Assembly: GCA_963677895.2 (NCBI GenBank)
Contig: CAXXGJ010000018.1
Coordinates: 224,001 to 288,000, forward strand
Reading direction: 5' to 3'
DNA length: 64,000 nucleotides
Source: Treponemataceae bacterium
GTDB lineage: Bacteria > Spirochaetota > Spirochaetia > Treponematales > Rectinemataceae
Below are positions 19,202-29,631 of the stretch, in pieces (the stretch's first letter is position 1; every line of letters starts with the position of its first letter). The position numbers and the translations under genes were made by a program. The notes beneath the pieces were generated by a model. It saw nothing but the letters and a program-made list of their open reading frames with translations. It was not told the origin of the DNA and did no database searches.

Positions 19202-20347
19202 TCAGCGGCCGAAGACGCCGGATACTTCTTTCAACAAGTCGCGAATCGGGAGGTCCTGCGGACACATGGCCTCGCATTGGCCGCAGTCCACGCAGGCTTC
19301 GGGCTTGCCCGTTATCTGGCCATATCCGGTGAACATATGATCTGAGGTATCCCAGATGGCGGCCTTGTTGAGCGCGGCCAGGAGTTCGGGGATCTGCACG
19401 CCCTGGGGACAGGGCTGGCAATATCGGCAGGCGCTGCAGTCGGCTTTCATGCGCGATTTCATCGCGGCGCGGGCGGCTTCGTACACGGCCAGCTGATCGT
19501 GCGTCAATATGTTTTCGGCGGCCGACTCGGCGGTCCTAAGGTTTTCCCTCAGTTGCATGGCGTCGCCCATGCCTGACAGAAGCAGGCTGACTCCCGGTTC
19601 GTTCCATACGTAGCGCAGCCCCCATTCGGCGGGACTCCAGGCTTCGGAGCGCCGGTCGAAGGCTGCCTGCATCTCGGGCGGCAGATTGTTCGCGAGTCTT
19701 CCGCCTTTCAAGGGTTCCATCACCACGATGCCAAGCCCTTTGTCTGCCGCATAACGCAGTCCCGAATGCCCGGCCTGGTAATCCACGTCTATGTAGTTGT
19801 ATTGAATCTGGGCAAAGGACCATCCATCGTATTCATCTATAATCCGGATAAAATCTTCTTTCTTGCCGTGAAATGAAAAGGCCGGGTAACGTATGAGGCC
19901 CCGCTCCCGCGCCTTGTCGAGGAATTCCCTAACGCCGAGATCCTTCATGCGGTTCCACGCGTCTCCATTGAGCGCATGCACGAGGTAAAAATCCAGGCTG
20001 GCAGTCTGAAGCCTTTCGAGCTGCCGCTCGAGGAAGCGGTCCATATCGTCGCGCGTTGCGACGAGTTGCTGCGGCAGCTTGGTGGCGAGATGGACTCGTT
20101 CGCGCCAGCCGTTCTTCAGGGCTCGACCCACGAAAGGCTCGCTGCTTCCCGCCTGTCCCGTGCTCGTCGAGTGATAGAACCATGCCGTATCGATATAGTT
20201 GATGCCCGACTCGATCGCTTCATGTAGCAGTTCGGTCGAGATTTCCTCGTCGATCCTGTCGGGACTGCCCAAGGTGGGGAGGCGCATGCATCCAAAACCA
20301 AGCGCCGAAACGTCGATGCCTGTGCGGCCAAGCCTGCGGTAGTTCAT
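19202..20347 (-). CDS. Aldo/keto reductase with C-terminal 4Fe-4S dicluster
   Basis: LGFGCMRLP, DTAWFYH, ATKLP, MEPLKGG; CSACRYCQPCP and CVDCGQCEAMCPQ. Confidence 0.93.
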   Translation of the reverse strand: MNYRRLGRTGIDVSALGFGCMRLPTLGSPDRIDEEISTELLHEAIESGINYIDTAWFYHSTSTGQAGSSEPFVGRALKNGWRERVHLATKLPQQLVATRDDMDRFLERQLERLQTASLDFYLVHALNGDAWNRMKDLGVREFLDKARERGLIRYPAFSFHGKKEDFIRIIDEYDGWSFAQIQYNYIDVDYQAGHSGLRYAADKGLGIVVMEPLKGGRLANNLPPEMQAAFDRRSEAWSPAEWGLRYVWNEPGVSLLLSGMGDAMQLRENLRTAESAAENILTHDQLAVYEAARAAMKSRMKADCSACRYCQPCPQGVQIPELLAALNKAAIWDTSDHMFTGYGQITGKPEACVDCGQCEAMCPQDLPIRDLLKEVSGVFGR

Positions 20348-20493
20348 CAAATGACTCCTGTCAATCCGCGCTCCCGTCATTCCGGAAGGCGAATCCGTGA
20401 CATCCTATCAGGCAGGACCGGTGGAAGTACAGGGAGAAAACGTCGCGTTCGCGTTTGACGAGAGGAAGATCCGCCCGCAGAGATGAGTATGCC

Positions 20494-23493
20494 TTATGGT
20501 ATCTTGTATTCTCCCGACCATAGCGACTGTTTAAGTGCGTCCTCGGGCTTTAGGTAATCGGTCATCGTCGCCCCATATTTATCTTTTGAGGCATTCTTGA
20601 CATCGTCGGCGAAACCGCCCTGGAAATTCTGCTCGACCTTGCCCGAGAGGGTACATCCCCGTTTCGTGGAAGCCTCGAATCCTGCGGTAGCCGTGCCTCC
20701 GGTCTTGCCCGCGAAATCCTGGGAGATGCCCGCCGAAAAATCGGAATCGCTCGCTCCGCCGGGCCCGAAGGTGATTTCGCCGCCTACCTTCACCGTGGTG
20801 CCTCCCTTTACCGAAACCGAGACATCGGTGCCGGCGGTGACCGAATAATTGGAGACCGTTCCCTGCCCGTCGGTGGAGACGGTGCCCGAGAGGCTGAGAT
20901 TGGCGCCTACGCTGCCAGTGCCGACTTCCTTGTTGTAGCCGAGTTTGACACCAGCCCCGTAGGTCGCCGCGCCCGTGTTTTCGCTGCGGGTCATGGAGGT
21001 CGAGATTTGCGGCATGCCGGGAATCGGCAGCGTGAAATTGAATTTTACGACGGTGCGCGCGCAGGAAATGCGGCCGCTCAGGAAGGGAATGAAAGGAATG
21101 TTGAGATCGGTGCCATACTCGTCGAGCCGTTTCCAGAGAGGGGAACTTTCGGGTATCTCGCCGGAATCAAACTGCTTTTTCGCGTTCATGTTGCGCATGA
21201 CGCGGGCATTCTCCTCATCTTCCTGGGCCGTTCTTTCTTGTTCCCTTCGCTGCATGAGCGATCCGACATCGCAGCCGCAGTCCCATTCGTCTTCGTAACG
21301 CGTCGAGCCATAGGCTATCAAGACGTTCTGCAACCCTGAGCCCACGGCCGAGGCGATAGCGTCGCGAAGCATCGCGTCCCTGTGTTCGCGCACGGCCGGA
21401 TCCGTGATCAGCGCTACGTGTCGCATAACGTCGTAATAGAATTTTTCGGCGTTGGGTTTGATTCTCGTCAAATAGGCAACCGAGGCGATCTGGGTTGCTT
21501 GAGCCCATGATGTCGTCGCGACGCTATTATATTCCGTTTGATATTGCACATGTATGTTGTGGATACGCAATTCATCTTCCGCGGACATTTGATGAATGTT
21601 TGTCTCTGCTCTATCTTCGGCTGCTAATTGGGCAAGCATTTGGGTGATGTCGGCATCTTTTCTTACGTCAATGTCCCTGAATTTGCGGCTTGCCATGTTA
21701 TAGATTTCCTGGATTTGCCGCAAAGACTTTTTATTCACCGAGTGCATGTAATTATTGTAGAGATTGAATTTCCGGTTGTGGACGGCGAAATTGTATTTCT
21801 GCATCAGAATGTTCATCGGATCGGCGTACCGCATCGGATCGATCTGGAGGATGGCCACGAAAGGATCGAGCCGGGCGGCGAGGGCGATGGTCGAAGCGGT
21901 ATTGCCCGACGCGAGATCGGCTTGAGCCTTCGTGGCATCGTCTTTCATCGCCAGCATGTCGGCCTTGAACTTTTCCTTGCCTTCCACCGTGACATTGGGC
22001 TTGGCGTTTTCATATTTCTCGGGATGAGCCGCCGCATCCTTCAAGTCGATGCCAGGGTCGATGTCCAGCCCCATGTTTTTAAGCCACGCAAGCTGCGAGT
22101 CGGAGGTAGCCGCGAAGGATCTGAACATGTAGACGGCGACGGACTCTGAAAAATCGTTGATCGCGCTCAGGCCGGGAGGGGCGGAAATGGCTTGAAGAGT
22201 CGAGAACTGCGATACCAGTTTGATAGGCGGCACGGCATAACTGCCCTGGGGCGGAAGGTTCTCGATGAAATAGCGCATCTTGTTCCGCTCGCTCTGGTCC
22301 AGTTGGGCGATGAAGTCTGCAGAGGTCAGCATAGGCTGCGATTCCGCGACTTTTATCAACTGCTCATACTCATCGGGTGGCGACTCCACGGGCATCGTCG
22401 CCGCTTTCTCCGTTTCCTGGAGCAGCTTTTCCGTCTTTCGCGCGATCATGTACATGGCAGGCCTGTCCAGCCTGTCGTCGTCGAGGATAGTCCGCGCCTT
22501 GTCGGGTTTGCCGATCGCGAGGAAATAGGCGGAAAGCCCGAGAGCGGCGTCCCAGGATCTTCTATTCAATTTCCGCGCAACCATGAATAGGGAGCGGGCT
22601 TCCTCGTTCTTGCGCAGATCGATGTAAAGATTCCCGAGATTTATGAGCGGCGTCATGCTGGCCTCGACGAAGGCGTCGGCTTTCATCGACGCGGCGACCG
22701 AGAAGATGAAGAACGCCTCGGCGTCGCCTCGGTAGGGTCCCATCAGCTTCGCGTAGTTTTGCGCGGACGGGTCGGGGTTGAAACGCTCCCCGGCTCCGAG
22801 TATGGCTGACGCGAAATTGTTCGCCGCATTCATTCCCTCGGGCTCGAGGGAGTATGCCGCGGCCGCGAAAGCCGTGACGAAATTGGGTTTCACGAGGTAA
22901 TTGGTGAGCAGAGAAACCTGGAGGGAGACATTCTTCGCATGGGCTGGATTCGCGCCATTGCCATCGAACTTTGGGCTCCATGTCACGAGACGGGCATATT
23001 CGACCGTTTCCTCGGGGGAGAATTTCGCCTTGGCCACGTCGTGACGATCTTTCGCGATCTGCAATAACCTAGCTTTTGAGAGGGCTTTTTCCCATTTGGG
23101 AAGGAGGAGTTTCTTGGCTTCGAGCTCGGTGTCGAGGAGGGCGACCTCCTGGGCGCGTTGTTCGGGTGTCTGATATGAATAAGGCGACGGCGAGTCGGGC
23201 ATGACTTCGGGCGTATAGTCTGAGGTTGCGGGCAGGGCGATCAGCGGCTGCATCGCGCTCGTACCGTCCGCGCCCTCTTCTTCCGGGACCGGCGCGGCGA
23301 TGGTAGTCGTCGTCGCGACAGCCTGCGTCACCGTGCTCTGGGCCGCGTCGTTCAGCGCGCCTTTAAGAATGTTCCCAATGCTCGGGATACCGGGAAAAAG
23401 CTGGGCGGATACAGGTATTGCCGTCAAGAAGAACGTCAATGCCGCCGCGATAAAAAGATTCCTGGAAAAGGTACGATCGCAATGTCCTTTCAT
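20494..23493 (-). CDS. Large secreted TPR-containing protein with Gly/Thr/Ser-rich beta C-terminus
   Basis: ~1000-codon ORF; GGAGG RBS before 23493; signal peptide (PVSA/Q); TPR-like INLGNLYIDL...EARSLF..ARKL. Confidence 0.8.
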   Translation of the reverse strand: MKGHCDRTFSRNLFIAAALTFFLTAIPVSAQLFPGIPSIGNILKGALNDAAQSTVTQAVATTTTIAAPVPEEEGADGTSAMQPLIALPATSDYTPEVMPDSPSPYSYQTPEQRAQEVALLDTELEAKKLLLPKWEKALSKARLLQIAKDRHDVAKAKFSPEETVEYARLVTWSPKFDGNGANPAHAKNVSLQVSLLTNYLVKPNFVTAFAAAAYSLEPEGMNAANNFASAILGAGERFNPDPSAQNYAKLMGPYRGDAEAFFIFSVAASMKADAFVEASMTPLINLGNLYIDLRKNEEARSLFMVARKLNRRSWDAALGLSAYFLAIGKPDKARTILDDDRLDRPAMYMIARKTEKLLQETEKAATMPVESPPDEYEQLIKVAESQPMLTSADFIAQLDQSERNKMRYFIENLPPQGSYAVPPIKLVSQFSTLQAISAPPGLSAINDFSESVAVYMFRSFAATSDSQLAWLKNMGLDIDPGIDLKDAAAHPEKYENAKPNVTVEGKEKFKADMLAMKDDATKAQADLASGNTASTIALAARLDPFVAILQIDPMRYADPMNILMQKYNFAVHNRKFNLYNNYMHSVNKKSLRQIQEIYNMASRKFRDIDVRKDADITQMLAQLAAEDRAETNIHQMSAEDELRIHNIHVQYQTEYNSVATTSWAQATQIASVAYLTRIKPNAEKFYYDVMRHVALITDPAVREHRDAMLRDAIASAVGSGLQNVLIAYGSTRYEDEWDCGCDVGSLMQRREQERTAQEDEENARVMRNMNAKKQFDSGEIPESSPLWKRLDEYGTDLNIPFIPFLSGRISCARTVVKFNFTLPIPGMPQISTSMTRSENTGAATYGAGVKLGYNKEVGTGSVGANLSLSGTVSTDGQGTVSNYSVTAGTDVSVSVKGGTTVKVGGEITFGPGGASDSDFSAGISQDFAGKTGGTATAGFEASTKRGCTLSGKVEQNFQGGFADDVKNASKDKYGATMTDYLKPEDALKQSLWSGEYKIP

Positions 23494-23795
23494 GGGAAAA
23501 CCTCCCAAGGCATACGGCATTTTTCGGGCTTTCTGGATGCCCAGTATTGGACGGATCGGCGATTCGCACTGTTTGTTATTGTATGGTTCAGGAAGCGAGG
23601 CTCAGGATAAGCATAGTTCATCCTGAGATGAAGTCAATGCCGGAATCTTGGGTATGGAACGGAGCCTCGGCATCTTGTCGGCAGGAGAGGGAGACCGATT
23701 TGATAAAAATCCGATGATAGAGTATTATGGTACTCATCGCTTCAACCGAGCCAAGCGTCGCGGGGCGAGCTTCAGAAAAAGAACCGGGGGCTATC

Positions 23796-24563
23796 ATGGT
23801 GGATATCGATGAAAGGGAAAGCAGCCGCAACCGGTCGCTCGAAAGGGCGCTCAGTCTTCTTGCCATCCTGGAAGAGACGGGCAGGCCGCTCACGCTCACG
23901 GAGATAAGCACCGAGGCGCAGCTGCAGAAACCCACGGTTCAGAGATTGCTCGCCGTTCTCGAAAGGTATGGCTACGCCGAGAGAATTCATAATCGCTATC
24001 ACCTAGGTCCCATCGTTCTTCCCCTCGCTTATTCCTATCTGATGGGCAACGAGCTTTCCCGCGCCGCTCTGCCCGCGCTGCAGGAGCTGGCGGCGGCTTC
24101 CCAGGAAACCGCCTCGCTTTTCGTGCGCATCGGCGACTTCCGCGTCGTGGTCCAGCGTGTCGAAGGGGTGCATCCCCTGCGCTATGTGTTGCCGATTGGC
24201 AGGAGGCTGCCGCTTCACATGGGCGTCGGGAAGGTGTTGGCGGCGGCGATGCCTGAAGCCGAACAGGCGGCGCTGGTCGCTACCCTGGGCGATGTCCACT
24301 ATGCGAGAGGCGAGACGGTGACGGGAACCCAGCTTATGGAAGAATTCGCCAAAGTCCGCGCCCAGGGCTACGCCGTTTCGCGCAACGAACGCGAGATGGG
24401 AGTCTCCTCGGTGGCCGCGCCCGTATATAACGCCTCGCGCGAAGTCACGGCGGCGATTTCTGTGGCCGGTTCCACGGAACGTTTCGACGTGAAGCTGGAT
24501 GAGCTCATCCTCGAAGTCTGCCGCGCGGCGGCTTCCATTTCGGAGCGTCTCGGCAGGCTCTGA
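23796..24563 (+). CDS. IclR family transcriptional regulator
   Basis: RSLERALSLL HTH, ETASL, G.RLPLH..GKV, R.QGYA and SVAAPV motifs; TTGATA-17-TATTAT promoter at 23700-23728 favours the 23796 start. Confidence 0.93.
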   Translation: MVDIDERESSRNRSLERALSLLAILEETGRPLTLTEISTEAQLQKPTVQRLLAVLERYGYAERIHNRYHLGPIVLPLAYSYLMGNELSRAALPALQELAAASQETASLFVRIGDFRVVVQRVEGVHPLRYVLPIGRRLPLHMGVGKVLAAAMPEAEQAALVATLGDVHYARGETVTGTQLMEEFAKVRAQGYAVSRNEREMGVSSVAAPVYNASREVTAAISVAGSTERFDVKLDELILEVCRAAASISERLGRL

Positions 24564-24747
24564 CGGTTTTTTCGACTTCAATAAAGCCAAAACCATGAAA
24601 TCCTCCAAAGAAGTCCATAAACGTATTTCATAATGGCGTGTCGGAACTATTTTTATTGACAGATTTCTGAATGAGTGTTTTACTGTATGTAACAAAGTAA
24701 TGTACATTGAAACAATCGATAGTTTTTAATCGATAAAAGAGGTTGCA

Positions 24748-25236
24748 ATGCGAAAGGCAAGCCTTATCACCGGCATCATATTCCTCGCTTTTTCCCTGAC
24801 CGTGATGGTCTCCTCCTGGTCGATGGAATATTACTCGTCGATAGGTCCTGGGCCAGGTTTTTTCCCTTTCTGGCTGAGCGCGATTCTAGGCCTGCTCGCC
24901 ATTCTATGGATCGTGCAAATCCTTCGGAGCCCATCCAAATCCAAGGATAAAGACGGAAACGACACGCTGTTTCCGCGCGGCGACGGCCTGCTCCGGCTGC
25001 TCTCCATAGTGGGAGCGGTTTTTTTCATGATGATCCTCATGGAACCGCTGGGGTTCCAGCTCACCATGTTCGCTTTTCTTATATTCCTCCTCATAGTCCT
25101 GGGACGCGTCAGAACAAGGACGACGCTGATAATCGCGGCTGTAGGGAGCTTTGGTCTATTCCGCGTATTCACGATGCTGCTCGATGTGCAGCTGCCCCAG
25201 TCGGCTATTTCATTTTTAGCCGCCATAGGACTTTAA
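24748..25236 (+). CDS. tctB: Tripartite tricarboxylate transporter small TM subunit
   Basis: GPGPGFFP motif, 4-5 TMs, LDVQLP C-terminus, upstream of tctA. Confidence 0.9.
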   Translation: MRKASLITGIIFLAFSLTVMVSSWSMEYYSSIGPGPGFFPFWLSAILGLLAILWIVQILRSPSKSKDKDGNDTLFPRGDGLLRLLSIVGAVFFMMILMEPLGFQLTMFAFLIFLLIVLGRVRTRTTLIIAAVGSFGLFRVFTMLLDVQLPQSAISFLAAIGL

Positions 25237-25248
25237 AGGAGGTCGACC

Positions 25249-26760
25249 ATGGATGTCTTGAACGATCTGTTGATGGGCTTTTCGGTCGCCCTTACGCCGG
25301 GCAACCTGCTTTACGCTTTTCTCGGCAGCGCTTTCGGCACACTCATAGGCGTGCTTCCCGGCATAGGGCCGGCTGCGGGAACCGCCCTCCTCATTCCCCT
25401 TACCGCCAGACTGGAGCCTACGGGGGCCATCATCATGCTCACCGCGATTTTCTACGGCACGCAGTATGGCGGAACTATAACGAGCATTCTGCTCAACGTG
25501 CCTGGCGAAGCGGCTTCGGCCATCACCTGCATCGACGGTCATAAGATGGCGCTTAAAGGACGCGCCGGCGCCGCGTTAAGCATCGCGGCGATCGGCTCCT
25601 TCATCGGCGGCCTCTTCGCGACGATAGCCCTTGTATTCCTCGCCAAACCCCTCACCAAAGTCGCCCTCGAATTCGGCCCTGTCGAATTCTTCGCCCTGAT
25701 GGTGCTCGGCATTTCCCTGCTTATGGGACTGGCCGGCAAGTCCATGGTCAAGGCCCTCATGATGGGCGTTCTCGGCCTCCTCCTGGCCATGGTCGGCATG
25801 GATCCCGTGCGGGGCGCGCCGCGCTTTACCTTCGGAAGAATGGAGCTCATGGACGGGCTCAACTTCGTGCCGGTCATAATGGGCCTGTTCGGCCTGTCCG
25901 ATATCCTCGAGAACGCCGAAGAATCCCTGGCTTCGACAAAAAGCGCCAAGGTCGGATCGCTTAAGCCTTCCAGGGAGGAAGTCAAGGATTCAGTCGGTCC
26001 CATAGCCCGCGGCTCCCTTCTGGGGACGGTGCTTGGATTGATACCTGGAATGACAGGCTCCATGGCTTCATTCCTTTCCTATTCCATGGAAAAGAAAATC
26101 TCCAAGCATCCCGAACGATTCGGGCAGGGCGCCGTGGAAGGCGTGGCCGGACCCGAAACGGCCAACAATGCCCACGCCAACGGGGCCTTGATACCTCTCT
26201 TCACCCTCGGCATACCGGCTTCCCCGACCGTCGCCGTTCTCATGGGCGCCTTTCTCATGAATGGACTCATCCCGGGGCCCTTCCTGTTCCGGGAAAATCC
26301 TCAGCTGGTATGGGGCGTCATCGCGAGCTTCTTCGTCGGAAACGTCATTCTCCTCATCCTCAACCTGCCCCTTGTCGGCGTCTGGGTGAAACTGCTCAAG
26401 ATTCCCTATTCGATCCTCTTCGCCGTGATATTGGCCTTCATGGTGATCGGAGCCTACGGCGTAGATAATTCCGTGTTCGACGTCTTCATCATGCTGCTCT
26501 TCGGCGTTCTCGGATACATCCTCAAGAAATTCGACTTCCCTATGGCGCCCATGATCCTGACGCTCATCCTCGGGCCGACCATGGAACGTTCGCTCAGACG
26601 TTCCATGGAGATGTCGCAGGGCGATTTCTCGATTCTCTTCTCGAGTCCTCTGGCCGCGTCCTTGCTGGTCATCTCAGCGCTTGTACTCGTCACTTCCGCA
26701 CTCAAGGTCTTTCCGGGCAGCCGGAAAGCCAAATCGGGCAGCGGAAGCGATGGCAAATAA
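25249..26760 (+). CDS. tctA: Tripartite tricarboxylate transporter large TM subunit
   Basis: GVLPGIG, YGGTITSILLNVPG, PETANNA and TLGIP motifs. Confidence 0.95.
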   Translation: MDVLNDLLMGFSVALTPGNLLYAFLGSAFGTLIGVLPGIGPAAGTALLIPLTARLEPTGAIIMLTAIFYGTQYGGTITSILLNVPGEAASAITCIDGHKMALKGRAGAALSIAAIGSFIGGLFATIALVFLAKPLTKVALEFGPVEFFALMVLGISLLMGLAGKSMVKALMMGVLGLLLAMVGMDPVRGAPRFTFGRMELMDGLNFVPVIMGLFGLSDILENAEESLASTKSAKVGSLKPSREEVKDSVGPIARGSLLGTVLGLIPGMTGSMASFLSYSMEKKISKHPERFGQGAVEGVAGPETANNAHANGALIPLFTLGIPASPTVAVLMGAFLMNGLIPGPFLFRENPQLVWGVIASFFVGNVILLILNLPLVGVWVKLLKIPYSILFAVILAFMVIGAYGVDNSVFDVFIMLLFGVLGYILKKFDFPMAPMILTLILGPTMERSLRRSMEMSQGDFSILFSSPLAASLLVISALVLVTSALKVFPGSRKAKSGSGSDGK

Positions 26761-26773
26761 TAGGGAGGAAACC

Positions 26774-27751
26774 ATGAAATCTTCATCGTTCCGAAAGTGC
26801 GCGGCGATACTTGTCGCGGCGTGCCTGTTCATCGCGGCGGCTTCGGTCGGCGCCCAGGAATTTCCCGCCAAGAACAAAGCGATCACCCTGATCGTCGGGT
26901 TCTCCGCCGGCGGCAGCTCCGACGCCGGAGCGCGCATCCTGGCCGGCGGCATGGAAAAGGTCCTCGGCACCAAAGTGGAAGTGCTCAACAAGCCGGGCGC
27001 TTCAGGCCAGCTTGCCTATACCATGCTTTCGCAGTCCAAGCCCAATGGCTATACCTTCGGTCTGGCCAGCCTGCCGGGCATCATGGTCAGTATCATGGAT
27101 CCGGCTCGCCAGGCCGCCTACAAGAAAGATGATTTCCAGCCCATCGGTCTTCAGGTCGTGGACGCCGGCGTTCTGGCGGTCAAGGCGGACAGCCCCTACA
27201 AAACCGTCAAGGATCTCATCGATGACGCCAAGGCCAGGCCGAGGAAGATCACCGTATCCACCACGGGCCTTCAGACGGGAGACCACTTCTCCATACTCCA
27301 GCTTCAGCAGCTCACGGGCGCCCAGTTCGCCATCGTCCATTTCGACGGCGCCGGCACCGCCATGACATCGCTTCTCGGCAAGAAAATCGACGCCTATGTC
27401 GGCAATGTCGGCGACGTTCTTTCCCAGCTGAAGTCCGGCGACATCCGCGTCCTGGGCGTCATGGACAAGGAAGCGAGTCCCTTCCTTCCCGGCGTGAAAA
27501 CCTTCGAATCGCAGGGCATTCCCCTCCTCGGCGGTTCATGGCGCGGGTACCTGGCTCCCGCCGGCACCCCGAAAGACATCGCCGATAAGCTCTCCGCGGC
27601 CATGAAAACCGCGCTGGAAACCGAGGATGTAAAATCCGCCATGGCCAAGCTGGGTCTGCAGATCCGTTATATGGACGTAGCTGGCTATACCGCCATCTGG
27701 GATGAATACGGCACCGTGGTCAAGGAACTCATTCCCCTTAGCAAGCAATAA
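26774..27751 (+). CDS. tctC: Tripartite tricarboxylate transporter substrate-binding protein (Bug/TctC)
   Basis: Signal peptide, FSAGGSSD..AR, NKPGASG and PNGYT motifs; GGAGG RBS. Confidence 0.93.
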   Translation: MKSSSFRKCAAILVAACLFIAAASVGAQEFPAKNKAITLIVGFSAGGSSDAGARILAGGMEKVLGTKVEVLNKPGASGQLAYTMLSQSKPNGYTFGLASLPGIMVSIMDPARQAAYKKDDFQPIGLQVVDAGVLAVKADSPYKTVKDLIDDAKARPRKITVSTTGLQTGDHFSILQLQQLTGAQFAIVHFDGAGTAMTSLLGKKIDAYVGNVGDVLSQLKSGDIRVLGVMDKEASPFLPGVKTFESQGIPLLGGSWRGYLAPAGTPKDIADKLSAAMKTALETEDVKSAMAKLGLQIRYMDVAGYTAIWDEYGTVVKELIPLSKQ

Positions 27752-27832
27752 CAGTCTTCGCGTCGAGTGCGACGAAAGCCGTCCGGCTGGAATACAGCCG
27801 GGCGGCTCGATCCCGAAATGGAGAAGTCTTCA

Positions 27833-28810
27833 ATGGAAAAAATCGCGTTGGTTGGCCCTTATGGCGCCGATGTCCAGGCCTTGCTCGAAAAACGCCTGAA
27901 CGGCGCCATGAGCGTCGAGATGATCGGAAGCGAAAACGAGTTCCATCGTCTCGACGATGTGGAGTATGTGATTCTGCGGGTCTTCGCCATGAAAAGGCCG
28001 ACTATCGAAGCCATGCCGAAACTCAAGCTCATCCAGCGTTGGGGCGTGGGGTTTGACAAGGTGGATATCGCTGCCGCCGGCGAGCGCGGAATTCCCGTGG
28101 CGATAGCGCCGGGAGCCAATTCGGCGCCCGTATCCGAACTGGCGGTTCTCCTCATGCTCGCCCTGTACCGCAACCTCATAAAGCTGCATGGCGGAATCGT
28201 GCGGGGTCGCTGGGAGAAGGAAAAATTCATCGACAATTCCTTCATGGTCAAGGGCAAGATCGTCGGCCTGATAGGTTGTGGCGCCATCGGCCAACAAGTG
28301 GCGCGGAAGGTCCAGGCCTTCGGCGCGGAAGTGATCTATTACGACGCTTTCCGCCTGCCCGAAACCGTCGAACTGGAACTAGGCCTGAAATATTTCGAAC
28401 TCGATGAAGTATTGGCGAAGGCCGATATCGTCAGCCTCCACCTTCCCCTGCTCGACAGCACCCGCGGCTTGATAGGCCGACGTGAGATCGGCCTCATGAA
28501 GCCGAATGCCATACTGATCAATACCGCCAGGGGCGAAATCGTCGATTCCACGGCTCTGGCCGCGGCGCTCGCGGAAAAACGCATTGCCGGCGCGGGGCTG
28601 GATGTCTTCGATTCGGAACCCCTTTCGTCCGACAGCGTTTTGCGGACCCTCGACAATGTGGTGATGACGCCCCATGTCGGAGGCAATACCGCCGATATGA
28701 GCATGGATATGGTCGATATCTGCCTGAAGAATATCATGGCGGTGCGCGATGGCCAGAAGCTTTCGCCTAAAGTGCTCGTGAACGGTCAATTTTTGAAGAA
28801 AAGCGTCTGA
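27833..28810 (+). CDS. D-isomer-specific 2-hydroxyacid dehydrogenase
   Basis: GVGFDKVD, GCGAIG, LINTARG, LDVF..EP and TPHVGG motifs. Confidence 0.93.
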   Translation: MEKIALVGPYGADVQALLEKRLNGAMSVEMIGSENEFHRLDDVEYVILRVFAMKRPTIEAMPKLKLIQRWGVGFDKVDIAAAGERGIPVAIAPGANSAPVSELAVLLMLALYRNLIKLHGGIVRGRWEKEKFIDNSFMVKGKIVGLIGCGAIGQQVARKVQAFGAEVIYYDAFRLPETVELELGLKYFELDEVLAKADIVSLHLPLLDSTRGLIGRREIGLMKPNAILINTARGEIVDSTALAAALAEKRIAGAGLDVFDSEPLSSDSVLRTLDNVVMTPHVGGNTADMSMDMVDICLKNIMAVRDGQKLSPKVLVNGQFLKKSV

Positions 28811-28830
28811 GACGACAAATAGGAGAATAT

Positions 28831-29529
28831 ATGTCCGTAGGATTCAGAGTATTCCTGAAACGCGATCTGCCCGCCCCGGAACTCGTGGAGGCATTCAAGT
28901 CTTTGCCGCCGGCGAACGTGGCGGACTGCATGGGCAGGCTATGCGCCCTTTCTTCGCAGATCAGGCTGCTTTCTTCGCCGGCCGAGCCGATTATGGCAGG
29001 CGTCGCCTTGACGGTAAAAGCCAGGCCGGGCGACAACCTCATGATACACAAGGCGCTCAACATGGCTGGTCCCGGCGACATCATCGTCGTCTCCAACGAA
29101 GGCGACCGCAGCCAGTCCCTCGTGGGCGAAATAATCGTGACCTACGCCACCTACAAAGGCCTCGCCGGCCTTGTGTTCGACGGCCCCATCCGCGATATCG
29201 ACGCGATTTCCAAGATGGACATTCCCGTCTACGGAACGGGAACGACCCCCGGCGGCCCCTACAAAGATGGTCCCGGCGAGGTGAACGTACCCATCGCCTG
29301 CGGAGGAATCCAGATAGAGCCGGGCGACATCATCCTGGGCGACGCCGATGGCATCATCGTGATTCCCCGGCGCGACGCGGCCGAAATACTGGCGGTAGCC
29401 GGGAAATTTTCCGCGAACGACGCGGCGAAAGTAAACGCCGCGGCCAACGGTACGGCCGATCGAAGTTGGGTGGACAAGACCCTCGCGGCGAAGAATTGCG
29501 AGATCATCGACGCGGTATACGGCGCCTGA
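28831..29529 (+). CDS. RraA family / HMG-aldolase-like protein
   Basis: ANVADCM, G.ALTV, GDNL, DGPIRD and PGDIILGDADG motifs. Confidence 0.9.
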   Translation: MSVGFRVFLKRDLPAPELVEAFKSLPPANVADCMGRLCALSSQIRLLSSPAEPIMAGVALTVKARPGDNLMIHKALNMAGPGDIIVVSNEGDRSQSLVGEIIVTYATYKGLAGLVFDGPIRDIDAISKMDIPVYGTGTTPGGPYKDGPGEVNVPIACGGIQIEPGDIILGDADGIIVIPRRDAAEILAVAGKFSANDAAKVNAAANGTADRSWVDKTLAAKNCEIIDAVYGA

Positions 29530-29631
29530 TATCGCGTTCCAGTCTCGCGTCCCAGTCCTGATAGGCTCTTTCGCGCATTACCCTCGCCGCGAACCTTGTA
29601 TTTTCCGGGATTCTGCCATTATGCTTGACGC

